NCBI GenBank assembly: GCA_035533815.1
Contig: DATLTB010000113.1
Coordinates: forward strand, 21,081-85,080
Length of the DNA stretch: 64,000 nucleotides
DNA from: Chitinophagaceae bacterium
GTDB taxonomy: Bacteria; Bacteroidota; Bacteroidia; Chitinophagales; Chitinophagaceae
Direction: 5' to 3'
How positions within the stretch are numbered: the stretch's first letter is position 1; each line of letters starts with the position of its first letter. A program made the translations under genes and the position numbers. Below are positions 1 through 7,539 of the stretch, one piece after another. The notes under the pieces are model-generated. The model did not search any database, was not told the DNA's origin, and saw nothing but the letters and a program-made list of their open reading frames with translations.

Positions 1-36
1 TGGGAGAAAAGTTTTCCGGATACGGCTATAATAGGA

Positions 37-906
37 TCAGCGGGCTTCAAAAGCGGCATCCGTTTCCTCCATCCTGCGGACGAGATTGTCTTTCAGCTGG
101 TCGAGAAAGGCAGTGCGGTTCTTTTTTCGGAATCGGAGTTCCTGGAATGTCCGGTAATAACCACCCAGGTCTACCTGAAAAAGGAATTCAAAATGACTGG
201 CAATCTGTTTGATGTCTGCGGTGGCTTGATTAAATACACCGGAGGACTGCAGGCTATAAATCAGCTCTACCAGGGCTGCCTTGGAGCCGGTCCACTTCAG
301 CTTTCCCAAAGGTTGTTGTCTGGGCGCATGATGCTGGGGTAACTCCTGCAATTCCGCAGATAACCAGTTTCCAAGCCGTTCGTAGGCAATGATGCAGGAA
401 ACCAGATAATCATACCCTGTGGAAAATCGGGTGTCCGCATTAAAAAAATAATTGTCCAGGGAAAGAAAGGTATCCTCCGAACCCCTGACAAAGTATTGCC
501 CGTCCATTTGGTTCTGGTTGTCCCTGATATATTGATAAAATTCCCTGTGCTTGTGAAAAAAATATTCTATACGGGTCATCTGTTTCATCAGGTACTCTTC
601 CATGAGTCTGTTCCGGAATAAGGGTTTACTATACTGGACCTGATAAAACCTGCAGTGGTATATCAGCTGGCTGACAAACCGGGGTTTGGTTTCGCGGAAA
701 AAACGGATCTCCTCCTGTATGCAGGGAAATCCCTGTTCCAGGGTAAAGCCCTTGAGCTGATCCAGGGCATTGCGGACAATTTTAATCGAAGCCCTGGACC
801 GGTCAAGCGGGTCGGACTGTGCCAATCCCGTTTGTTCCAGGTGATGTTCCATCTGAATAAGAAGGGAGGAAATGAATGCCTCATTGTTGCTGATCACTGT
901 TTCCAT
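37..906 (-). CDS. rteC: RteC domain-containing protein (regulator family associated with Bacteroidota conjugative transposons)
   Basis: 289-aa ORF. The C-terminal block KLKWTGSKAALVELIYSLQSSGVFN..ADIKQIASHFEFLFQVDLGGYYRTFQELRFRKKNRTAFLDQL matches the remembered RteC-family consensus (W T.SK.AL.ELIYAL.SSGVFN..ADIKEIA..FE..F...LGDYYRTF.E.R.RK..RT.FLD.L). The middle block FFNADTRFSTGYDYLVS is also RteC-like. Confidence 0.8.
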   Translation of the reverse strand: METVISNNEAFISSLLIQMEHHLEQTGLAQSDPLDRSRASIKIVRNALDQLKGFTLEQGFPCIQEEIRFFRETKPRFVSQLIYHCRFYQVQYSKPLFRNRLMEEYLMKQMTRIEYFFHKHREFYQYIRDNQNQMDGQYFVRGSEDTFLSLDNYFFNADTRFSTGYDYLVSCIIAYERLGNWLSAELQELPQHHAPRQQPLGKLKWTGSKAALVELIYSLQSSGVFNQATADIKQIASHFEFLFQVDLGGYYRTFQELRFRKKNRTAFLDQLKDNLVRRMEETDAAFEAR

Positions 907-959
907 AATAGGGTTTTATCCCCTAATCTACCGGTACTTCCGGTCTGGTATTTTGATTT

Positions 960-990
960 GCGGGATAAATTTTTATGAAAGCGGGATAAA
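960..990. repeat. Two exact 10-bp direct repeats GCGGGATAAA, phased 21 bp apart, upstream of rteC
   Basis: GCGGGATAAA lies at 960-969 and again at 981-990. The repeats sit 54-84 bp upstream of the rteC start (906, minus strand). The spacing equals two helical turns. Confidence 0.5.
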
Positions 991-1021
991 GGCCGCCGGA
1001 CGGGGATTCTGGAAGATTAAA

Positions 1022-1039
1022 GGAGTAAAATCTTACTCC
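1022..1039 (-). terminator. Hairpin downstream of the XRE gene (putative intrinsic terminator)
   Basis: GGAGTAA-AATC-TTACTCC is a 7-bp stem. On the minus strand it is followed by TTTAATCTTCC. It lies about 45 nt after the XRE stop codon. Confidence 0.4.
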
Positions 1040-1084
1040 CGCCTGTTCAGGGGACTAAACTTGAGCGCAAACGGTTCAGGGAGG

Positions 1085-1510
1085 TTATCCGGCATTCCTG
1101 CTTTCCTGCAGTTGCCTGAAGCGATTTTCCAGCTGGATCATTTCCCGCTCCATTTTCAGCAGCCGTTCATATAGCTCAATGATCTTTTCCAAGGGATTGA
1201 ACTGCTGGTAGATCATGGCCGTAGAGCTGTTATCGAATTTATTATCGTGGATATTATTGATGAGGTTGATCGCGGAATCCGGGTCAAAATTGCGGATAGT
1301 CTCCGGGTTAACCCCCAGGGCACCCGAGACGAGCAGGAGGGTTTGTTCATCCAGCAGGGCAGTTTGTTCAATTCTGGAAAGGTTCTGCTGGCTCATATGC
1401 AACTCTGCGGCAAAACTTTCCTGTTTGATTCCGCGCAGCTCCCTGAAGTGCCGGATATTGCGACCCTGATGAACTGTTTTAGGAATGGCAGGAGGGGCAG
1501 TAGTGTCCAT
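1085..1510 (-). CDS. XRE-family helix-turn-helix transcriptional regulator with C-terminal coiled-coil-like tail
   Basis: 141 aa. GRNIRHFRELRGIKQESFAAELHMSQQNLSRIEQ is a classic HTH_3/XRE motif. The tail is heptad-like: LEKIIELYERLLKMEREMIQLENRFRQLQE. Confidence 0.8.
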   Translation of the reverse strand: MDTTAPPAIPKTVHQGRNIRHFRELRGIKQESFAAELHMSQQNLSRIEQTALLDEQTLLLVSGALGVNPETIRNFDPDSAINLINNIHDNKFDNSSTAMIYQQFNPLEKIIELYERLLKMEREMIQLENRFRQLQESRNAG

Positions 1511-1537
1511 ATGGACAAATATAGAAAAATTCAGGTT

Positions 1538-1571
1538 GTGAAATACAACTATTACTTAGTAAAATACAACT
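1538..1571. repeat. Two 13-bp direct repeats GT(G/A)AAATACAACT, phased 21 bp apart, immediately upstream of the XRE gene (candidate operator)
   Basis: GTGAAATACAACT lies at 1538-1550 and GTAAAATACAACT at 1559-1571 (12/13 identical). They sit in an AT-rich stretch 28-61 bp upstream of the XRE start codon at 1510. Confidence 0.5.
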
Positions 1572-1697
1572 CGTGTTATTTTATAATCCTCGATTTATCG
1601 GCTTTCTTTGCCCCCTTTAAGGTGATGTGCAGGCGGAAAGTTAAACCCCTGGAAAATTTATGCACCAGATTTCCCGATATCCTATTGCAGGCATTGA

Positions 1698-1987
1698 TCA
1701 GGGAATTATTCCCTTTCATCCCAGTTTAGGGAATCCCCTGGCCAGCACCTTCCAGGTAATCCGGCGATGGCGGAACTGGGTAAATGGGCCAAATCCCGCG
1801 GGCTGCCTCCTGGGTTCTTCAGGCAGCATTTCCGGGAAACTCACCTGGAGTATTTATATCCTCAAAAAATATTCCCTCAAGCCAAAGGCTCCTGTCTGAT
1901 CCAGGTTCCGGCCGTCTTTGCCGGAACCCTTCTTCCCTGTTTTTCTCAGGCTGGTACTATCCCCTGACCCTCCCGCTGTTAATATGA
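1698..1987 (+). pseudogene. Possible decayed AraC-type HTH fragment (candidate 3' remnant of a PUL regulator)
   Basis: One frame (1698-1967) reads ..AMAELGKWAKSRGLPPGFFRQHFRETHLEYLYPQKIFPQAKGSCLIQ. This resembles the AraC first HTH plus linker (..LA...G.S..yF.r.Fk...G....eYl...Ri..Ak.lL). A second frame (1784-1987) reads RLCRNPSSLFFSGWYYPLTLP, which resembles GF.npSyFsr.Fk...G.tP. There is no start codon or intact domain, and a frameshift is needed. The resemblance is weak. Confidence 0.25.
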
Positions 1988-2091
1988 CCGGGCAAATCAT
2001 TGCCTGCATGTTATCTGGAATGGAAGGAGAATGGAAAAACCCCAGGATGGTCATTTGCTAGTCTGTATCACCCAATCCTAAAACTCATCCC

Positions 2092-5000
2092 ATGAATACA
2101 TGTCTATTTACTATCCCGGAACGCAGGCTAACCCGATACCTGATTGGTCGGATCCTCCCTTATGCTGCCTGCTTACTGGTATGGGGGCTGGGAAGCGGTG
2201 TAAATGCCAGCGGAATGCTACGCAGAGATAGTTTGGAGCTCCACGGAACTATCGTTTCTTCCCGCACCCACCTGCCCTTGAAAGGAGCCACCCTGACCAT
2301 CCTGGAAACCGGGGCTCAAACCACCTCGGATGCCGGAGGCCGATTTCAGCTGACCACCTCAGTATCCAACGGACACCTGCGGATCAGTTATGTCGGATAC
2401 GATTCTCAGATCATTTCTTTTAACCGGCATTCTCCGGCTGTTATTCGGGTAGCGCTGAACCAGGGAGGTAACCCGCTGAAGGAAGTGGTCGTTTCTACTG
2501 GGTACCAGACCCTTGCCATACAGCGCACCACCGGGTCATTCACTGAAATGGATCAGTCCCTCTTCAACCGCCGGGTTTCCCCCGATGTGATCAGCCGGCT
2601 GGAAGGAGTGACCAGCGGACTGCTTTTTAACCATAATGCCGGGAGTGCAGTCAATGACCTCAGCATCCGCGGCATGAGCACCATCTTTGCCAACGACCAG
2701 CCTTTGATCATCGTGGATAATTTTCCCTTTAGCGGCGATATCAACGATATCAATCCCAATGATGTAGAAAGTATAACCGTGCTCAAGGATGCTGCAGCTG
2801 CCGCGATCTGGGGTGCCAGGGCTGGTAATGGAGTCATCGTCATCACCACCAAGAAAGGACATTTCAACACCCCGTTGCGGGTATCGCTCAACGCCAATAT
2901 CACCGTCGGCCAGGAGCCTGATCTGTTTTCAATCCCCACCCTTTCCTCCGCCGATTTCATCAATACGGAAGAAATGCTGTATAACCAGGGTTATTATCAA
3001 TATGCCGAATATTCCTTTGACCAGGAACCCCTTACCCCGGTGGTGGAATTGCTGATCGCTGAAACTAATGGCACCATCGACTCTGCATCAGCAAACAGCC
3101 AGATCAATGCCCTGAAAAATATTGATGTCCGCCGGGATTTTGAAAAATATTTTTACCGCAGGAGTCTGGATCAGCAATATTCGGTGAACCTGAGCGGAGG
3201 ATCTGCCCGCCAGCAGTATTATCTTTCTGCTGGCTATGATAATGATCAGCTGAACCTGGTGGGAAACGGCTATGCCCGGAAAACGATCCAGGCCACCGAC
3301 AATTATGAATTGTTGAAAAACAGGCTGTCCATCCGGTCCGGATTCTATTACACGGAAAGTCTGACCACCGACAATAATCCGGGTTACGGTGGAATTGATT
3401 TCTCCCCCGGGGTTCCCCTTTATCCATATGCCCAGCTGGCAGGGGCTGCAGGCAATCCCCTTCCTGTGGTGCATGATTATAATACCCCTTTTGTTCAGTC
3501 CGCTCCCGGACAGGGACTGCTGGATTGGTCCTATTCTCCCCTGGAAGAACTCAAACTGGCAGCCAATACGGTCCATCAGTCGGACTACCGGATCAACCTG
3601 GGTGCCAGGTATACCTTTTCTCCTTCCATTAATGGACAGGTATTATACCAGTATGAGAACTTGTCCAGCCAGGGAAATAATCTGTACAGTCAGCAGACCT
3701 ATCTGACCCGGAATCTCATCAATTCCTATACCCAGGTTAACCCGGATAGTTCCCTGAGCATGCCGATACCCCAGGGAGCCATCCTGGACGGAAACCAGGG
3801 TTCTACCATCAGCTGGAATTTCCGGAGCCAGCTGAATTTTAATCACCGTTGGGCAGCCCATGAACTGCAGGTCCTGGCTGGTTTCGAATCGATGGAATCC
3901 GGGTCCAATGCGGCGGATTACCGGCTTTATGGTTATGATCCCTTGCATGCCACCAGCCAGCCCGTGGATTATATCACGCAGTTTCCGATGTATTATGATC
4001 CTTATGAAACCTATACAATCCCTTATGTAAATGACAGGAGTTCCCTGACCAACCGGTTTGAGTCTTTTTTCACCAATGCAGTGTATACCTATAAGGATCA
4101 ATATATCCTTTCGGGAAGTGCCAGACGTGATCTGTCCAATATATTCGGAGTCAATGCCAACCTTCGGGGAGTGCCGCTTTGGTCCGCAGGCGCAGCGTGG
4201 ATCCTCTCCAAAGCATCTTTTTACCACTCCCGGTTCCTGCCCCTGCTCAAGGGGAGGCTGACCTATGGATACAGCGGCAACCTGGACAATAATGTCACCG
4301 CCTATACCACGGCAAAGACAGCATCCCAGGTAAATTACTTTGCCGGTCAACCCTATGAAACCATCATCAATCCCCCGGATCCGGACCTCAGTTGGGAAAA
4401 AGACCAGATGATCAATCTGGGTATGGACTTCGCGACCCGTAAAGGGAGGATCTCCGGTTCCCTGGATTATTATTTTAAGCAGGGGCTCAACCTGATTGCC
4501 TTCACTCCGGCTGCCCCCTCCACCGGCTTTACCCAATTTCAGGGAAATTCAGCCAGTAGCCGGGGCCATGGCTTTGACCTGGTGCTCAACACGCGGAACC
4601 TGGACGGACCCCTGAAATGGATGACCCAACTTTTGCTGACCCATGTCACTGATGTCGTGACCAGGTATCAGGAGCAGGTCTCTGCCATTCAATATGCAGA
4701 ATTCGCTTCAGGCACTGCGATCATTCCGCTTCAGGGCAGGGCGGTTTATTCCCTGTACAGTTTCCGATGGGCCGGCCTGGACCCGCTTACCGGAGATCCC
4801 CGGGGCTATTACCAGGGCCAAATCAGTGAGGATTATGTAAATATGGTGAACAAGACCGCCCCCGACAGCATGGTGTACGATGGTCCAGCCCGACCTACTG
4901 TTTATGGCTCCCTGCGCAATTCCTTTTCCTGGAAAGGATTTTCCCTCTCCGCCAATATTAGTTTCGAATTTGGCTATTATTTCCGGAAAAGCTCAATCAA

Positions 5001-5370
5001 CTATACCCAGTTACTCAGCGGGCAAGGCGGAAATCCGGATTTTGACAAACGCTGGCAGAAACCTGGCGATGAAAAATACACCAATGTGCCTTCCATGCCC
5101 GCTCAGATCAATTCCAACCGGGACCTTTTCTATCTGTATTCCCAGGCCCTGGTGGAAAAAGGGGATAATATCCGGCTTCAGGATATCAGCCTGTCCTATG
5201 ACCTGGACAGGGTGGAATGGAAGAAGCTGCCTTTTTCCCATATTCAATTATATGCGTACCTCAATAACCTCGGAATACTCTGGAGCGCCAATAAAGATGG
5301 ACTGGACCCAGATTACCTGTATTTGAAACCATCCAGATCCATTTCCCTGGGGATGCGGGTGAACTTCTAA
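2092..5370 (+). CDS. SusC/RagA-family TonB-linked outer membrane protein
   Basis: 1092 aa. It has an N-terminal CarboxypepD_reg-like segment (LHGTIVSS..LPLKGATLTILETGAQTTSDAGGRFQL). It has a plug region (VSTGYQTLAIQRTTGSFTEM..RLEGVTSGL, SIRGMSTI, VVDNFPF..DINDINPNDVESITVLKDAAAAAIWGARAGNGVIVITTKKG). The C-terminus is a barrel ending in F. A SusD gene follows 15 nt downstream. Confidence 0.93.
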   Translation: MNTCLFTIPERRLTRYLIGRILPYAACLLVWGLGSGVNASGMLRRDSLELHGTIVSSRTHLPLKGATLTILETGAQTTSDAGGRFQLTTSVSNGHLRISYVGYDSQIISFNRHSPAVIRVALNQGGNPLKEVVVSTGYQTLAIQRTTGSFTEMDQSLFNRRVSPDVISRLEGVTSGLLFNHNAGSAVNDLSIRGMSTIFANDQPLIIVDNFPFSGDINDINPNDVESITVLKDAAAAAIWGARAGNGVIVITTKKGHFNTPLRVSLNANITVGQEPDLFSIPTLSSADFINTEEMLYNQGYYQYAEYSFDQEPLTPVVELLIAETNGTIDSASANSQINALKNIDVRRDFEKYFYRRSLDQQYSVNLSGGSARQQYYLSAGYDNDQLNLVGNGYARKTIQATDNYELLKNRLSIRSGFYYTESLTTDNNPGYGGIDFSPGVPLYPYAQLAGAAGNPLPVVHDYNTPFVQSAPGQGLLDWSYSPLEELKLAANTVHQSDYRINLGARYTFSPSINGQVLYQYENLSSQGNNLYSQQTYLTRNLINSYTQVNPDSSLSMPIPQGAILDGNQGSTISWNFRSQLNFNHRWAAHELQVLAGFESMESGSNAADYRLYGYDPLHATSQPVDYITQFPMYYDPYETYTIPYVNDRSSLTNRFESFFTNAVYTYKDQYILSGSARRDLSNIFGVNANLRGVPLWSAGAAWILSKASFYHSRFLPLLKGRLTYGYSGNLDNNVTAYTTAKTASQVNYFAGQPYETIINPPDPDLSWEKDQMINLGMDFATRKGRISGSLDYYFKQGLNLIAFTPAAPSTGFTQFQGNSASSRGHGFDLVLNTRNLDGPLKWMTQLLLTHVTDVVTRYQEQVSAIQYAEFASGTAIIPLQGRAVYSLYSFRWAGLDPLTGDPRGYYQGQISEDYVNMVNKTAPDSMVYDGPARPTVYGSLRNSFSWKGFSLSANISFEFGYYFRKSSINYTQLLSGQGGNPDFDKRWQKPGDEKYTNVPSMPAQINSNRDLFYLYSQALVEKGDNIRLQDISLSYDLDRVEWKKLPFSHIQLYAYLNNLGILWSANKDGLDPDYLYLKPSRSISLGMRVNF

Positions 5371-5385
5371 CTGAAAAAAAATAAT

Positions 5386-6741
5386 ATGAAAAAGATCATC
5401 CTTTTCTCGATGGGGCTTGCCCTGGTTGGATTAAATGGTTGCAAAAAGGAATTCCTGGATATCCGGTCTTCCGACGCCCTGGTGGTACCTGTAACCCTCA
5501 GTGATTTCCAACAGCTGCTCAGCAATGAACAGGTCTTCAATATTACTCCTGCGCTGGGTGAACTGGGCAGTGACGATTATTATACCACCGCCCAAAACCT
5601 GGAAGCCGCCTATACAGTTCAGGAAAGAAACGGGTATACCTGGGCCCAGGATGTGTACGAAGGTGCCCCTGTCTCAGACTGGAATATTCCCTATGAACAG
5701 GTATTTTACGCCAATGTGGTCCTGGCTGGCCTGGCCTCCCTACCCGCCGACACGTCGACCCGCACCGAGCAGCAACAGCTCACCGGTATTGCGCTGTTCG
5801 ACCGGGCATTTGCCTTTTACAATCTGGCCATTACCTTCTGTGCTCCATATCATCCTGATTCTGCAGCCATACAGTGGGGGATCCCCATCCGCCTCAGTGC
5901 GGATATCAATACCAAATCTGTTCGTGGAACCCTTGCACAGACTTTTGCCCAGGTGATCAAGGACCTGGATGCAGCCCTTCCCCTTCTTCCGGTCAATACC
6001 CCTATAAAGACTTTCCCCTGCAAGGCGGCTGCCTATGGGTTGCTAGCCAGGATATATCTGGATATGCAGCAATATACCCAGGCAGGAAATGAGGCGGATT
6101 CCGCTTTACAGCTCAACAGTACCCTGATGGATTACAATCAGCTCAATCTTTCGGCTACCTACCCTTTTGTAAAATTCAACCCTGAGGTTCTTTTTGAAAG
6201 CGAGCTGATCTCCTACGGCATTTTTTATTCCAGCCTCACTATGATTGACTCCACCCTTTACCAGAGTTATGATACCAATGACCTGAGGCGTACCGCCTTT
6301 TTCCTGACCCGCCAGGGCCGCCTGAATTTTAAAGGAACCTATTCAGGGGTACATACCCGGTTCGCCGGAATTGCGACCGATGAAATGTACCTGATTCGGG
6401 CAGAATGTCAGGCCCGCCAGGGTAATGTATCCGCCGCCCTAAGCGATCTCAATACCTTAAGGATAAACCGGTATAAAACCGGCAGCTTTCTGCCAGACAG
6501 TGCTTCTTCTCCCACCCAAGCCCTGTCCCTGGTCCTGGCGGAAAGGAGAAAGGAGCTGGTGTTCCGTGGAATCCGCTGGAATGATCTGCGGCGGCTGAAC
6601 CAGGATTCCCGGTTTGCCATCACCCTGGAACGGGTTGTCAGCGGACAGTCCTTTACCCTTCCTCCGAACGATCCTCGCTATACCTGGCCAATACCCATCG
6701 GCGAGATTCAGCTCAGCGGGATCCCTCAGAATCCCAGGTAA
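5386..6741 (+). CDS. RagB/SusD-family nutrient-uptake outer membrane lipoprotein
   Basis: 451 aa. It has a lipoprotein signal (LVGLNGCKK). SusD-like features are present: AYGLLARIYLDMQQY, EMYLIRAECQARQGN, ERRKELVFRGIRWNDLRR and a C-terminal IPQNP. It lies directly downstream of the SusC-like gene. Confidence 0.9.
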   Translation: MKKIILFSMGLALVGLNGCKKEFLDIRSSDALVVPVTLSDFQQLLSNEQVFNITPALGELGSDDYYTTAQNLEAAYTVQERNGYTWAQDVYEGAPVSDWNIPYEQVFYANVVLAGLASLPADTSTRTEQQQLTGIALFDRAFAFYNLAITFCAPYHPDSAAIQWGIPIRLSADINTKSVRGTLAQTFAQVIKDLDAALPLLPVNTPIKTFPCKAAAYGLLARIYLDMQQYTQAGNEADSALQLNSTLMDYNQLNLSATYPFVKFNPEVLFESELISYGIFYSSLTMIDSTLYQSYDTNDLRRTAFFLTRQGRLNFKGTYSGVHTRFAGIATDEMYLIRAECQARQGNVSAALSDLNTLRINRYKTGSFLPDSASSPTQALSLVLAERRKELVFRGIRWNDLRRLNQDSRFAITLERVVSGQSFTLPPNDPRYTWPIPIGEIQLSGIPQNPR

Positions 6742-6788
6742 AAATATTTCATCGATCTACCGATTTTACAGATTGGATTTTGGTTTCC

Positions 6789-6810
6789 GGCCGGGTATTC
6801 CTACCCGGCC
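6789..6810 (+). terminator. Hairpin downstream of the SusD-like gene
   Basis: GGCCGGGTA-TTCC-TACCCGGCC is a 9-bp GC-rich stem 48 nt after the stop codon. The downstream T-tract is weak (TTCCTATGC). Confidence 0.45.
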
Positions 6811-7539
6811 TTCCTATGCTGATCATATTACCCATCTATTGCCCATCCTGTCCAGGCAAAAGCAAAATAGGGATAATAAATCCTGTACCTGTCGCCTGAT
6901 GACTATCTCTCCGGAGAGTTCCATACAGCCTCCTAAATCCTATCCAGGAAGGACAGGTTAAAAATTTTAGGAAATAAAAAAATACATTTACTATTTTTAA
7001 CATAAATTGTTTTAACTGATTTAATGAGGTTGCAGAAAATTGACATTAATCCGGTACGGTCTATTGCCCGTACCATTGACTTTGACATTACCGGGGCATT
7101 TTATCATGTGTTTGGTTTGGGGAAAAAACGATTGCCGCGGATTGATCTTTCTTCAATCCGGGTGAATTTGGGGTTTACCATCAACCTTTTAATAGGTGGG
7201 ATTGGATCAATAATATATCGCTTTTCATCATTTTCGTTGACTTTAATCAATGTGTTGATGGGATCCGACAACTTTTCCCGGATAAAAAATACTCAGGAGT
7301 AAAAGTTTTGCCCATTAAGCCGGATAGCTGGGGAGAACTGTGCTTTATTATAGATCAATCAGCTGTGTTTTTGTATTTTACCCTATTTTAAAAAAAACCT
7401 TTTTATCAGTAAAAAATGATTGAAAAGGAGATTTTTATATGACAAAAATTGATGTGGATGATCATAGCCGGGAAATAAAGCAGGGAAACGATTGTCGGAA
7501 TCTCTTCAGTTTACCTTTCTTTCTGAAAACATTTAACCC

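Noticed and set aside
3643-4536. 297-aa ORF on the minus strand inside the SusC-like gene
   Set aside because: It is entirely antisense to a gene with strong family motifs. Its Gly/Pro/Ile/Arg-rich composition has no motifs. It is a typical shadow ORF produced by the codon bias of the sense gene.
7024-7302. 92-aa plus-strand ORF in the SusD-PrsW spacer
   Set aside because: I did not call it as a feature. It has no motif and no signal or TM pattern, and it lies in AT-rich sequence where long ORFs arise easily. I kept it only as part of the finding on the spacer.
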